A stretch of 64,000 nt of DNA, taken from the NCBI GenBank assembly GCA_038087875.1, contig JAXLNO010000202.1:62001-126000 (forward strand), in the 5' to 3' direction. The DNA comes from Malacoraja senta. Its lineage: Eukaryota. Made by a program: the position numbers and the translations under genes. Shown here piece by piece: positions 1-14,073 of this stretch (position 1 is the first letter of the stretch; each line of letters starts with the position of its first letter). A model generated the notes under the pieces. The model worked only from the letters and a program-made list of their open reading frames with translations, was not told the origin of the DNA and did not search any database.

Positions 1-290
1 CTGGAAGAAGTTAGCTTTTACCACGGCATAAGGGGTAAGCCATTTAGAATGGAGATGAGGAAACACTTTTTCTCACAGAGAATTGTGTGTGGAATAGTCT
101 GCCTCAGAGGGTGGTGGAGGCCGGTTCTCTGGATACTTTCAAGAGAGAGCTAGATAGGGCTCTTAAAGATAGCAGAGTCGGGACATGGGGCGAAGGCAGG
201 AATGGGTTACTGATTGGGGATGATCAGCCATGATTACATTGAATGGCGGTGCTGGCTCGAAGGGCCGAATGGCCTACTCCTGCACCCATG
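1..290 (+). mobile_element. CR1 LINE 3' end fragment
   Basis: Matches the 3' ORF2/UTR of other CR1 copies in the window (e.g. 23500-23760; gaatggcggtgctggctcgaagggccgaatggcctactcctgcacc). Confidence 0.85.
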
Positions 291-796
291 TTTCAGCATT
301 GGAATCGGTCTTTGCATTTACAATCACTGGAGCACATTGTCTCCCGATGATGCACAACACATTCCAATACCAATGATGTAACTTACCGATCACACAAAGG
401 TGGTGCAGCGTACACGGGAAACACTGAGCCTTGTTACATCTACAGCTAAAAATAACTCTGTTATAGATGTCAAATGTCAATCTATGCCCCATCTAAAACA
501 ATAACCGTGTTTAAGGTGTTTAAGGCCTATTCATGTCAGATTGAACATACAGGTAAACATCACCAACTGGAAATTCCAATCCATTGGCTTTGTGCTGATC
601 TCATTGCTAAAGCTGAATCATTCTACACCCCCAACACAGAACAACCAGGAAACACTTGACCTGACTTGACTTGACACCTGCCAATGTGGACAATTCCTGA
701 TGATCCCGTGGGACATCCCACCATCCTGGTACTTATGAGACCATGGTAGTCACACCGAATCCTTCCAAACTAATAAACCAGGAATTAGGTTTAGTA

Positions 797-3735
797 TAAT
801 AAACAGAGAAAAAGTGGTGGTGGGTTTCTTAAATGTGTATATTTTAATGCTAGGAGCATTGTAAGAAAGGTGGATGAGCTTAGAGTCTGGATTGACACCT
901 GGAAGTATGATGTTGTGGCGATCAGTGAAACATGGTTGCAGGAGGGCTGCGATTGGAAACTAAATATTCCAGGATTTCGTTGCTTCAGGGGTGATAGAAT
1001 TGGAGGGGCAAGAGGTGGGGGTGTTGCATTGCTTGTCAAGGAAGATATTACAGCAGTGCTTTGGCAGGATAGATTAGAGGACTCATCTAGGGAGGGTATT
1101 TGGGTGGAGCTGAGAAATGGGAAAGGTGTAACAACACTTATAGGGGTGTATTATAGACCGCCAAATGGGGAGCGAGAATTGGAAGAGCAAATATGTAAGG
1201 AGATAGCAGATATTAGTAGTAAGCACAAGGTAGTGATTGTGGGAGATTTCAATTTTCCACACATAGACTGGGAAACACATTCTGTAAAAGGGCTGGATGG
1301 TTTGGAGTTCGTAAAATGTGTGCAGGATAGTTTTTTGCAGCAATACATAGAGGTGCCTACTAGAGAAGGGGCAATGCTGGACCTCCTGTTAGGAAATGAG
1401 ACTGGGCAGGTGGCGGAGGTAAGCGTTGGGGAGCACTTCGGGTCCAGTGATCACAATACCATTAGTTTCAATATAATTATGGAGAGGGTCAGAACTGGAC
1501 CTAGGGTTGAGATTTCTGATTGGAGAAAGGCTAACTTTGAGGAGATGCGAAAGGATTTAAAAGGAGTGAATTGGGACATGTTGCTTTATGGGAAGGATGT
1601 AGAAGAGAAATGGAGGACATTTAAAGGTGAAAGTTTAAGAGTACAGAATCTTTATGTCCCTGTTCGGTTGAAAGGAAATAGTAAAAATTGGAAAGAGCCA
1701 TGGTTTTCAAGGGAAATTGGACACTTGGTTCGGAAAAAGAGAGAGATCGACAATAATTATAGGCAGCATGAAGTAAATGAGGTGCTTGAGGAGTATAAAG
1801 AATGTAAAAAGAATATTAAGAAAGAAATTAGAAAAGCTAAAAGAAGATATGAGGTTGCTTTGGCAAGTAAGGTGAAAGTAAATCCAAAGGGTTTCTACAG
1901 CTATATTAATAGCGAAAGGATAACAAGGAATAAAATTGGTCCATTAGAGAGTCAGAGTGGACAGCTATCTGCAGACCCAAAAGAGATGGGGGAGATACTG
2001 AACAATTTCTTTTCTTCGGTATTCACCAAGGAGAAGGATATGGAATTATGTGAGGTGAGGTAAGGGAAACAAGCAGAGTAGCAATGGAAACTATAAGATT
2101 CAAAGAAGAGTAGGTGCGGACACTTTTGAAAAATATGAAAACGGATAAGTCTCCAGGTCCTGACAGGATTTTCCCGAGGACATTGAGGGAAGTTAGTGTA
2201 GAAATAGCAGGGGCTATGACAGAAATATTTCAAATGTCATTAGAAACGGGAATAGCGCCAGAGGATTGGCGTACTGCGCATGTTGTTCCGTTGTTTAAAA
2301 AGGGTTCTAAGAGTAAACCTAGCAATTATAGACCTGTTAGTTTGACGTCAGTGGTGGGCAAATTAATGGAAAGGATACTTAAAGATAATATATATAAGCA
2401 TCAGGAAAAGCAGGGTCTGATTAGGAACAATCAACATGGATTTGTGCCTGGAAGGTCATGTTTGACTAATCTAGAATTTTTCGAAGAGGTTACTAGGGAA
2501 ATTGATGAGGGTAGAGCAGTGGATGTTGTCTATATGGACTTCAGTAAGGCCTTTGACAAGGTTCCTCATGGAAGGTTGGTTAAGAAGATTAAATTGTTGG
2601 TATTAATGGTGGAGTAGCAAGATGGGTTCAACAGTGGCTGAATGGGAGATGCCAGAGAGGAATGGTGGATGGCTGTTTGTCAGGTTGGAGGCCGGTGACT
2701 AGTGGGGTGCCTCAGGGGTCTGTGTTGGGTCCACTGTTGTTTGTCATGTACATCAATGATCTGGATGATGGTGTGGAAAATTGGATTAGTAAGTATGCAG
2801 ATGATACTAAGATAGGTGGTGGGGTGGATAATGAAGTAGATTTTCAAAGTCTACAGAGAGATTTAGGCCATTTGGAAGAGTGGGCTGAAAGATGGCAGAT
2901 GGAGTTTAATGCTGATAAATGTCAAGTACTACATCTCGGCAGGACAAATCAAAATAGGACGCACATGGTAAATGGTAGAGAATTGAGGAATGCAGTTGAA
3001 CAGAGGGATCTAGGAATAACTGTGCATAGTTCCCTGAAGGTGGAATCTCATGTAGATAGGGTGGTAAAGAAAGCTTTTGGTGTGCTGGCCTTTATAAATC
3101 AGAGCATTGAATATAGAAGTTGGGATGTAATGTTAAAATTGTACATGGCATTGGTGAGGCCAATACTGGAGTATGGAGTACAATTTTGGTCGCCTAATTA
3201 TAGGAAGGATGTCAATAAAATAGAGAGAGTACAGAGGAGATTTACTAGAATGTTGCCTGGGTTTCAGCAACTAAGTTACAGAGAAAGGTTGAACAAGTTA
3301 GGTCTTTATTCTTTGGAGCGCAGAAGGTTAAAAGGGGACTTGATAGAGGTCTTTAAAATTATGAGCGGGTTAGACAGAGTGGACGTGGATAAGCTTTTCC
3401 CATTGATAGTAGGCAAGATTCAAACAAGGGGACATGACTTGAGAATTAAGGGACAGAAGTTTAGGGGTAACATTAGGGGGAACTTCTTTACTCAGAGAGT
3501 GGTAGCTGTGTGGAATGAGCTTCCAGTGGAAGTGGTGGAGGCTGGTTCGATTTTATCCTTTAAAAATAGATTGGATGGGTATATGGACGGGAAAGGAATG
3601 GAGGGTTATGGTCTGAGTGCAGGTAGATGGGACTAGGGGGAAGTATTTTTTTTTTTTTTTAAATAAAAAAAATGTTTGGCACGGACTTGAATGGCCGAGA
3701 TGGCCTGTTTCCGTGCTGTAATGGTTATATGGTTA
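797..3735 (+). mobile_element. CR1 LINE family A (5'-truncated), ORF2 APE endonuclease + RT broken by frameshifts
   Basis: ORFs 870-2063 (ISETW, GVYYRPP, VGDFN, SDH), 2114-2617 (NYRPVSL, DFSKAFD), 2662-3636 (GVPQGSVLGP, YADD); tail atggttatatggtta. Confidence 0.95.
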
Positions 3736-4367
3736 TTATTACTGTTGTGTGTACTGATCACTGTGACAAGCTTTGTTTTGTATGCAGTCCAAATAGATCA
3801 AACATTAATATATATACATGAGTCACCATCAAGTACAATCAAGTCAAACTTACGTGTTGTGCCTCTGGGCTTGGTGCTCAGCCCATTGCTGTTTGTGGTT
3901 TATCATTTTTGTCTACCTTTCTTTAAGTGCAGGAACTGGTCTCTCAATTAATTCCATCTTAATGCAGAATTCTACCCTTTTACAGTCACTGTTGCCGGAG
4001 GGACTTGGCACAACAAGAGTGCTAACTAATCCTTCCTCATTACACAATACCCAGTCCCGGATAGCCTGCTCTCTTGTCGGTTCCTCTACAAATGTACTTA
4101 GAAAACCATCCCGCAAACATTTATTGTGTAATAAAGCACCAAAGAAAACAAGTTTGTTTGTTAACGATTATATAAATTTGACTTAATTACTTGAATGAAA
4201 ATGTCCCGGTTGCCCAGCACTTCTACTCCCCCTCCCATTCCAAATCCGACATTCTGTCCTGGACCTCATCCATGGCCAGAGTGAGTCCCACCACAAATTG
4301 GAGGAGCAGCACCTCATATTTTGCTTTACACCCCAGCGGTCTGAACATTGACTTCTCCAATTTTAGG

Positions 4368-5320
4368 TAACCATATAACCATATATAACAATTACAGCAC
4401 GTAAACAGCCCATCTCGACCCTTCTAGTCCGAGCCGAACACGTATTCTCCCCTAGTCCCATATACCTGCGCTCAGACCATAACCCTCCATTCCTTTCCCG
4501 TCCATATAACTATCCAATTTATTTTTAAATGATAAAAATGAACCTGCCTCCACCACCTTCACTGGAAGCTCATTCCACACAGCCACCACTCTCTGAGTAA
4601 AGAAGTTTCCCCTCATGTTACCCCTAAACTTCTGTCCCTTAATTCTCAAGTCATGTCCCCTTGTTTGAATCTTCCCTACTCTCAGTGGGAAAAGCTTATC
4701 CACGTCAACTCTGTCTATCCCTCTCATCATTTCAAAGACCTCTATCAAGTCCCCCCTTAACTTTCTGCGCTCCAAAGAATAAAGCCCTAACTTGTTCAAC
4801 CTTTCTCTGTAACTTAGTTGCTGAAACCCAGGCAACATTCTAGTAAATCTCCACTGTACTCTCTCTATTTTGTTGACATCCTTCCTATAATTAGGCGACC
4901 AAAATTGTACACCATACTCTAGACTTTGCCTCACCAATGCCTTGTACAATTTTAACATTACATCCCAACTTCTATACTCAATGCTCTGATTTATAAAAGC
5001 CAGCACACCAAAAGCTTTCTTTACCACCCTATCTACATGAGATTCCACTTTCAGGGAACTGTGCACAGTTATTCCAAGATCCCTCTGTTCACCTGCATTC
5101 TTCAATTCCCTACCATTTACCATGTACGTCCTATTTTGATTTGTCCTGCCAGATGTAGCACCTCACACTTATCAGCATTAAACTCCATCTGCCATCTTTC
5201 AGCCACTCTTCCAACCGACATAAATCTCTCTGTAGACTTTGAAAATCTACTTCATTATCCACAGCCCCACCTATCTTAGTATCATCTGCATACTTACTAA
5301 TCCAATTTACCACACCATCC
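4368..5320 (-). mobile_element. CR1 LINE family A, 3' fragment
   Basis: ORF 4452-5123 closely matches the C-terminus of ORF 2662-3636; reverse-complement tail at ~4368. Confidence 0.93.
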
Positions 5321-5436
5321 TTGCTTTCTCCCTCCTTCCCCTCCTTCCCAGCTCTCCCACAGCCTACTGACTCCGCTTCCTCCTTTCTTCTTCCCGCCCC
5401 ACCCCCTCCCCCCACATCAGTCTGAAGAAGGGTCTC

Positions 5437-8400
5437 ATAGAAACATAGAAACATAGAAAATAGGTGCAGGAGTCGACCATTCGGCCCTTCGGGCCTACAC
5501 CGCCATTCAATATGATCATGGCTGATCATCCAACTCGGTATCCTATACCTGCTTTCTCTCCATACCCCCTGATCCCTTTAGCCACAAGGGCCACATCTAA
5601 CTCCCTCTTAAATATAGCCAATGAACTGGCCTCAACTACATTCTGTGCAGAGAATTCCAGAGATTCACCACTCTCTGTGTAATTTTTTTTTTTCTCATCT
5701 CGGTCCTAAAAGATTTTCCCTTTATCCTTAAACTGTGACCCCTTGTTCTGGACTTCCCCAACATCAGGAACAATCTTCCTGCATCTAGCCTGTCCAACCC
5801 CTTAAGAATTTTTGTAAGTTTCTATAAGATCCCATCTCAATCTTCTAAATTCTAGCGAGTACAAGCCGAGTCTATCCAGTCTTTCTTCATATGAAAGTCC
5901 TGACATACCAGGAATCAGTCTGGGTGAACCTTCTCTGTACTCCACTCAGGAAAGAATGTCCTTCCTCAGATTAGGAGACCAACTGTACTCCTGTTTTGGT
6001 CTCCAGGACCAATACTCCAGGTGTGGTCTCACCAAGACCCTGTACAACTGCAGTAGAACCTCCCTGCTCCTATACTCAAATCCTTTTGCTATGAATGCTA
6101 ACATACCATTCGCTTTCTTCACTGCCTGCTGCACCTGCATGCCTACTTTCAATGACTGGTGTACCATGACACCCAGGTCTCGTTGCATCTCCCCTTTTCC
6201 TAATCGGCCACCATTCAGGTATAGTCTACTTTCCTGTTTTTGCCACCAAAGTGGATAACCTCACATTTATCCACATTATACTGCCATCTGCCATGCATTT
6301 GCCCATTCACCCAGCCTATCCAAGTCATCCTTGCAGCCTCCTAGCACCCTCCTCACAGCTAACACTGTCCCCCAGCTTTGTGTCATCTGCAAATTTGGAG
6401 ATGTTGCATTCAATTCCCTCGTCCAAATCATTAATATATATTGTAAATAGCTGGGTCCCCACTAATTACTGCCTGCCATGTTGAAAAGGACCCGTTAACT
6501 CCTACTCTTTGCTTCCTGTCTGCCAGCCAGTTCTTTATCCACATCAATACTGAACCCCCAATACCGTGTGCTTTAAGTTTGTATCCTAATCTCTTATGTG
6601 GGACCTTGTCGAAAGCCTTCTGAAAGTCCCAGATATAACACATCCACTGGTTCTCCCTTATCCACTCTACTAGTTACATCCTCGAAAAATTCTATAAGAT
6701 TCGTCAGACATGATTTACCTTTCATAAATCCATGCTGACTATGTCCAATGATTTCACCATTTTCCAAATGTGCAGCTATCCCATCTTTAATAACTGACTC
6801 GAGCAGTTTCCCCACTACCGATGTTAGACTAACTGGTCTGTAATTCCCCGTTTTCTCTCTCCCTCCCTTTTTAAAAAGCGGGGTTACATTAGCTACCCTC
6901 CAATCCTCAGGAACTACTCCAGAATCTAAAGAGTTTTGAAAAATTATCACTATGCATCCACTATTTCTGGGGCTACTTCCTTAAGTACTCTGGGATGCAG
7001 CCTATCTGGCCCTGGGGATTTATCGGCCTTTAATCCATTCAATTTACCTAACACCACTTCCCGGCTAACCTGGATTTCACTCAGTTCCTCCAACTCATTT
7101 GACCCCCGGTCCCATGCTATTTCCGGCAGATTAATTAAGTCTTCCTTAGTGAAGACAGAACCAAAGTAGTTATTCAATTGGTCTGCCATGTCCTTGTTCC
7201 CCATGATCAATTCACCTGTTTCTGATTGCAAGGGACCTACATTTGTTTTAACTAATCTTTTTCTCTTCACATATCTATAATAAACTTTTGCAGTCAGTTT
7301 TTATGTTCCCTGCCAGTTTTCTTTCATAATCTATTTTTCCATTTCCTAATTAAGCCCTTTGTCCTCCTCTGCTGGACTCTGAATTTCTCCCAGTCCTGTG
7401 GTAGGCTGCTTTTTCTGGCTAATTTGTATGCTTCATCTTTTGTTTTGATACTATCCCTGATTTCCCTTGTTATCTACAGATGCACTACCTTCCCTGGTTT
7501 ATTCTTTTGCCAAACTGGGATGAACAATTGTTGTAGTTCATCCATGCAGCCTTTAAATGCCTCCATTGCATATCCACCGTCAACCCTTTAAGAATCAATT
7601 GCCAGTCTGTCTTGGCCAATTCACGTCTCATACCCTCAAAGTTACCTTTCTTTAAGTTCAGAACCCCTTGTTTCTGAATTAATTATGTCACTCTCTATCC
7701 TAATGAAGTACTCAACCATATTATGGTCACTCTTGCCCAAGGGGCCACGCACAACAAGACTGCTAACTAACCCTTCCTCATTACTCAATACCCAGTCTAG
7801 AATAGCCTGCTCTCTCGTTGGTTCCTCTACATGTTGGTTTAGAAACTATCCCGCATACAATCCAAGAAATCCTCTTCCTCATCACCCCTGCCAATTTGAT
7901 TCACCCAATCTATATGTAGATTGAAGTCACCCATTATAACTGTTTTACCTTTGTTGCACGCATTTCTAATTTCCTGTTTGATGCCATCCCCAAACTCCAC
8001 TACTACTGTTAGGTGGCCTGTACACAACTCCCACTAGCGTTTTCTGCCCCTTAATGTTTCGCAGCTCTACCCATATCGATTCCACATTCTCCAAGCTAAT
8101 GTCCTTCCTTTCTATTGCGTTAATCTCCTCTCTAACCAGCAACGCTACCCCACCTCATTTTCCTTTCTTTCTATCCCTCCTGAATATTGAATATCCCTGG
8201 ATGTTCAGCTCCCAGCCTTGTCACCCTGGAGCCATGTCTCCGTGATCCCAACTATATCATAGTCATTAATAGCTATCTGCACATTCAACTCCTCCACCTT
8301 ATTACGAATGCTCCTTGCATTGAGACACAAAGCCTTCAGGCTTGTTTTTACAACTCTCTTACCCCTTATACAATTATGTTGAAAAATGGCCCTTCATGAT

Positions 8401-9842
8401 TTTTGCCCTGGATTTGTCTGCCTACCACTTTTACTTTTCACCTTCCTACCTATTGCTTCTACCCTCATTTTACACCCCTCTGTCTCTCTGCTCACACATT
8501 TAAGAAACCCACCACCTCTTATTCTCTGTTTATTATCTTTTTCTTCTTTCCCCCCTACATGTTGGGTCTGAGTGCTTCCCTTCTCTGCCTCCTGCCTCAC
8601 ACACTCTCTACTAGCTTTCTCTATTTTAGTCCCTCCCCCCAACCGTTCTAGTTTAAAGTCTCCCCAGTAGCCTTTGCAAATCTCCCCGCCAGAATATTGG
8701 TCCCCCTCGGGTTCAAGTGCAACCCGTCCTTTTTGTACAGGTCACACCTTCCCCAAAAGAGGTTCCAATGGTCCAGAAACTTGAATCCCTGCCCTCTGCA
8801 TCAGTCCTTCAGCCACACATTTATCCTCCAACTCGCTCCATTCCTACTCTCACTGTCGCGTGGCACAGGCAGTAATCCTTAGATTGTTACCTTTGCGGTC
8901 CTTTTCCTTAACTCTCTTCCTAACTCCCTAAATTCTCCTTTCAGGACCTCTTCCCTTTTTCTACCTATGTCATTGTTACCTATATGTACCACGATCTCGG
9001 GCTCCTCTCCCTCCCATTTCAAGATATCTTGGACACGTTCAGACACATCCCTGACCCTGGCACCAGGGAGGCAAACTACCATCCGGGTCTCCTGACTGCG
9101 TCCACAGAATCGCCTGTCTGACCCCCTAACTATAGAGTCCCCTATTACTACTGCCCTCCTCTTCTTTTCCTTACCCCTCTGAGCAACAGGGCTGGTCTCT
9201 GTACCAGAGGCCCAGCCGTGTCGCTACCCCCAGGAAGGCTGTCCCCCCCCAACAGTACTCAAACAGGAGTACTTATTGTCAAGGTGTACAGCCACCGGGG
9301 TACTCTCTTGTCCCTGCCTCTGCCCCTTGCCCCTCCTAACTGTGACCCACTTGTCTGTCTCCCGTGGTTTTGGAGTGGCCAACTCTCTGTAACTCCACTC
9401 TATGACATCCTCACTCTCCCTGACCAGACGGAGGTTATCGAGCTGCTGCTCCAGGTTCCTAATATGGTCCCTTAGGAGCCTCATCTCAGACTCCATGACT
9501 TCCCACATCTGACATCCAGAACAGTATACTCCCCCTTACCCTGGATACAATACAAAGTACAATACAATACTATACAAGGTGCAATACAACACAATACAAA
9601 CTGCAGGAAGAAATCAGCAGGGATCTGACTCCCAATCAGCTGCTTCCTCTAGTCCGCATCCACCAATCAGTGGCTTCCTCAAGCCCACTTGTTTTGAACT
9701 GTGAAATGCGAGTGGAACGTTACACATTTAGGTTCTCCTCCCACACCAACGGTTCCTGGGCCTCTGTGGAAACTAGCCCCGCGATCGAGGATTATACTCA
9801 CTGCCCGGACGCCGCTCCTCCCTCACCAACGGTTCCTGGGCC
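5437..9842 (-). mobile_element. Near full-length CR1 LINE (family B 3' end) with 5' UTR, SGNH-esterase ORF1 and decayed ORF2
   Basis: (catagaaa)n tail at 5437; RT fragments 5946-7270; endonuclease fragment 7839-8027; ORF1 fragments 8879-9082 (CLPGARVRDV, HIGNND) and 9224-9508; inserted at gggtctc|gacccg of the Penelope piece with tctc on both sides. Confidence 0.9.
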
Positions 9843-11129
9843 TCTCGACCCGAAACGTTGCCTATTCCTTCGCTCCATAGATGCTGCCTCACCCGCTGAG
9901 TTTCTCCAGCATTTTTGTCTACCTTTCTTTAAGTTCAGGAACCTGGTCTCTCAATTAACCGTGTCACTCTCCATCTTAATGCAGAATTCTACCCTACTGC
10001 AGTCAGTGTTGCCCAAGGGACTTGGCACAACAAGATTGCTAACTAATCCTTCCTCATTACGCAATACCCAGTCCATGATGGCCTGCCCTCCAGGATGGCC
10101 TGCCCTCCAGGATGGCCTGCTCTCTAGTCGGTTGCTCTACTAATTGGCTTAGAAAACCATCCCGCAAACATTTATTTCGTAATAAAGCATCAAAGAAAAC
10201 AAGTTTGTTAACGATTATATAAATTTGACTTAATTACTTCAATAAATATGTAGGTTAGTGATTTGCCTCCAACCATCGGAGCCACACCCTTGATGTATAT
10301 CTGAGTTACTGAGCCAGCTTCATCAGTCTACAAATATCTTGACATACAGTAACTGTAGCAACTTGCTGCTCTACGGCTAACTTACATCAGATGTCCCAAC
10401 CCAGCGATCAGTAGACACATATCGCCAGGACTAGCACAAGGTGGACCACCCTCCATTCATCTGTTGCCGCCACAAGTGATTTCTACTCTCCGTCTCATCC
10501 ATTGATCCAACAAGTAACTGGGCGATTGTCATTAAACCGCTGAGCTTGGGGGCCAATGAGTTAAACACTTTTATTCTAACGCTGAATTTATTCGATTCTG
10601 CCCACAAATCAGATCAATTTAAAGTGAACCTTTACTGAACGGGACACAAGGTGTTTGATCGTCTGATCATTATATTCTTGCCGTTTATATGAATTATTAA
10701 TTTTTATATCTGCATTTATAAACTCATTGTTTCCTTCATTGAGTTAAATGCAACTTAAATGCAAGAAGAGATGGAGAGGTAGTGAAACTGATGAATGACT
10801 ACACAACATACAAACAAAATACACAGGAAATTGACAAATTAAAACTTCTCTGAACATTTTGCATTTAAAATAATTTTGAGAAGCAGCCTTGAATACAGAC
10901 TTAGCAAGAGTCCTCTTGCCTCAGTTGTTGGACAAAAATCACGAGTTTTGTGGAACGAGTTTAACTGGTTTAGTTTGTCGTTGGATGAGCTATTTTCTCT
11001 TCGTCATTCTCTGTGAAAGAGAATATCTAACACTAAAACAACCTTGTTCATTCTGACAATCTGCACCTCATATTCAAGGGTAAACTGGATTTTATGCTGT
11101 TACTAATTGTGTAATCTTTATATATGAAA

Positions 11130-12610
11130 CTGGTGAAGGCTGCAACAGGATCTTGATCAGTTGGGTAGGTGGGTAAAGCAATGGTTAATGGAATTTAATG
11201 TAAGTGGAATGTATTGCATTTTGCAAAGTCTAACGTGGACAGGACCTACACAGTGAATGGTAGGGCTCTGGTGAGTGATGTAGAACAGAGGCATTATGGA
11301 GCACAGCTACATAGTTCCATGAAAATGGTGTCACGAGTAGATAAGGTGGTCAAGAAGGCCTTCGTCAGTCAGGGTGCTGAGTATAGAAGTTGGGATGCTA
11401 TTTCACAACTGTACAAGGTACTGGAGAGGCTACAGTTTGAATATTGTGTTCAGTTTTGACCACCTTGCTGCAGGACATATGTTGTAAAGCTGGAAAGAGT
11501 GCAGCAAAGATTTATGAGGATGTTGTAAGGGCTTGAGGGCCTGAGCTATAGGGAGAAGTTGGGCAGGCTAGGATTCTATTCCTTGGAGTGTTGGAGGATA
11601 AGAGGTGATCTTATAGAGGTGTATACAATCAGGAGGGGAATAGATAGCATAGATGTACAGTCTTTTACCCAGAGTAGGGGAACCAAGAACCATAGGACAC
11701 AGATCTCAGGTGAGAGGGGAAATAATTAATAGGAACCTGAGAGGCAACCTTTTCACTCAGGATGGTGGGTGTATGGAACAAGCTGCTAGAGGAGTTGTTG
11801 AGGCAGAAACTAAAACAAGGGAAGCAGCCGGAAGTACTTGTGCATGTAGGCACAAACGACATAGGTAAGAATAGGAAGGAGGTTCTGCAACGTGAGTATA
11901 GAGAATTATGTAGGAGGCTGAATAGCAGGACCTCCAGGGTGGTGATCTCTGGGTTGCTTCCAGTACCTCGTGCTAGTGAGGGCAGGAACAGGGAGATGGG
12001 GGATCTGAATGTGTGGCTGACGAGTTGGGGCAGGGATTTAGATTTCTGGACCACTGGGATCTCTTCTAGGGCAGGGGTGACCTGTACAAAAGGGATGGGT
12101 TGCACCTTAATTGGAGGGGGAGCAACATTCTGGTGGGCAGGTTTGCAAGTGCTACACGGGTGGGTTTAAACTAAATAGTGGGGGGGATGGAGTCACCAAT
12201 GTGGAAGCGTACGCGTGCAGTTAACGAGAAAGAGGGTGCAGGAAAGGTCACGGAAGTCTCCAGTAATAACAGGACAGAACATTTATAAAGGGGAAGAGAG
12301 TAAGGTCGGGTTAAGTCGGGATGGTTGTGAGAGGTGGTCAACACTGAAGTGAAGATATTATATGAATGCATGTAGCATAAGAAACAAAGTGGATGAGCTT
12401 GTTCCACAGTTGGACATTGGCAGGTGTGATGTTGTTGGCATTACGGAGATGGATCGGAGCTGGGAACTGAATATTCAGTGTTTTACGTGCAATCGCAAGG
12501 ACAGACATGTGGGCAGAGGGGCTGGAATAGCAGTGCTGGCAAGGAATGAAATTCAGTCCTTAGCAAAGGGTGACATAGGATCAGAAGATGTCGAGTCCTT
12601 GTGGGTAGCA
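11130..12610 (+). mobile_element. Mosaic of old CR1 fragments (RT 3' part, ORF1 esterase, endonuclease start)
   Basis: Peptides HVGTNDIG...VVISGLLPVP and NACSIRNKVDEL...VGITE; duplicated at ~19808-21230. Confidence 0.75.
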
Positions 12611-13012
12611 CTGCTCTCTGGTTGTGGTAGGATGGTTCAGTTGCCTGAGAACAGCTGGGAAGAAACTGTCCCTGAATCTGGAGGTGTGTGTTTTCACACT
12701 TCTGTTCCTCTTGCCCGATGGGAGAGGGGAGAATAGAGAGTGACCGGAGTGAGACTGGTCCTTGATTAAGAAAAAATAAACAGTTGTGATGGATTTTCAG
12801 ATCTGAGTTTGGATCGATTGTGTTTAATTGTTGCATGTACGGTAGGTAGTGCAGTCGCAACTGTGTATACATGTATGAGGATGAGGCAGACTGACCTGGA
12901 CATTACTAATGGCAGCAACCCTCCCCGTGACCAGTGGAGTCACTTCCTTCATTCATCCTTTACTCTCACTCCTGTAGATGCCGATTTTACTTCGGAGTCA
13001 CGTGAGTGACTT

Positions 13013-13046
13013 CGTGAAGAACCCGCTCAGTGCGCAGGCGCGGCAT
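13013..13046 (+). repeat. DIRS left inverted terminal repeat core
   Basis: cgtgaagaacccgctcagtgcgcaggcgcggcat is the exact reverse complement of 17381-17414. Confidence 0.92.
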
Positions 13047-13125
13047 TACGCCAGCAGTGCAACAGCGGCGGCAGCTGGAGGAAGGCTCTCCGGCTGCAGT
13101 TTAAAAGACGGACCGTTGGGTAAGT

Positions 13126-14073
13126 ATGCTGAAGTTATCTAACGGAGAGGGAGGTAGGTCAGGCACCTCCTCCACAGTGTCTTGTGCACTGCCCTCTGCT
13201 CCCTCATTACTGGAGGCTAGCATTGGTGACCAGGGTTGGGCTGGTCTGGAACAGGGGCTGGCGGACGAATTCGGCGGTATGCAAGGGGTGCAGGAGCAGG
13301 AAGAGCTGCTGGGTGTCGTGGACCGTTATGTAGCAACCCCACGTGCTGGAAGACCGCTGGAACCAAAAATGGCGGCCAGCATAAATCATCTATCAAATAA
13401 GCCCTTGCAGGAGAAGGTACTGCTAGAGGCGCTTGAACTGTACACAGCACCAGAGAACTGTGAGGCCCTCAGAGTGAAGACTGTGAACAGCCAGATCTGG
13501 GGGCACGTGGGGTCAAACATGCGTAACCATGAAGTTAAACTACAACGGATCCTAAGGCTCCTGACGTCGGCCATAACAGCCTTTGCTCGTTCTGTGGATA
13601 GTACGGAGATGGATACCTGCCAGCAGGATGTGCTGGCACTGATGTGCAACACACAATTTGAAATTAACAATCTCCGGCGCGAAAACATAAGACCTGCCCT
13701 CAATCCCAAATTTGCTGGGTTGTGCAGAGCCCCAGCTGCAGAGACGGATGCTCTGTTATTTGGGAAAGACCTCAATAAACAACTGAGGGACATGGAGGAA
13801 GCAGCGAAAACTTTCGGCCTCATGAGGGCAGGCCCCGGGACGAGCAAACCAAGAGCTGCAATACCCAAGCGGCAGCACCCCATGGCATCCACCAGTCGAC
13901 GTCCTCAATATGGGACTGGTGAAAGCTCGGGGACCGCATTTTATCCCCAAAGATCTTTTTTAGATCAGGGCCCACAGCGGACCCCATGGAAAATGCGCCA
14001 CCCCCCAACATCGCCAGCACGTCAGACAAACAAACCGTACAAAAACCTCAGGAAACAAAAGAAACACCAATAA
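13126..14073 (+). CDS. DIRS ORF1, gag-like protein
   Basis: 315-aa open frame in the gag position upstream of RT; contains PENC..L.V..VN..IW, RR..IRP.L and LLFG motifs typical of DIRS ORF1. Confidence 0.8.
   Translation: MLKLSNGEGGRSGTSSTVSCALPSAPSLLEASIGDQGWAGLEQGLADEFGGMQGVQEQEELLGVVDRYVATPRAGRPLEPKMAASINHLSNKPLQEKVLLEALELYTAPENCEALRVKTVNSQIWGHVGSNMRNHEVKLQRILRLLTSAITAFARSVDSTEMDTCQQDVLALMCNTQFEINNLRRENIRPALNPKFAGLCRAPAAETDALLFGKDLNKQLRDMEEAAKTFGLMRAGPGTSKPRAAIPKRQHPMASTSRRPQYGTGESSGTAFYPQRSFLDQGPQRTPWKMRHPPTSPARQTNKPYKNLRKQKKHQ

Larger units (their letters stand above)
4204..9923 (+). mobile_element. Penelope-like 3'/pLTR fragment split into three pieces (4204-4367, 5321-5436, 9843-9923) by two CR1 insertions
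   Basis: The three pieces join into a sequence colinear with the uninterrupted copy at 43680-44077. Confidence 0.7.

Noticed and set aside
474..659. Short ORF with donor-like cag|gtaaac in unique sequence
   Set aside because: No recognisable protein similarity or partner exons.
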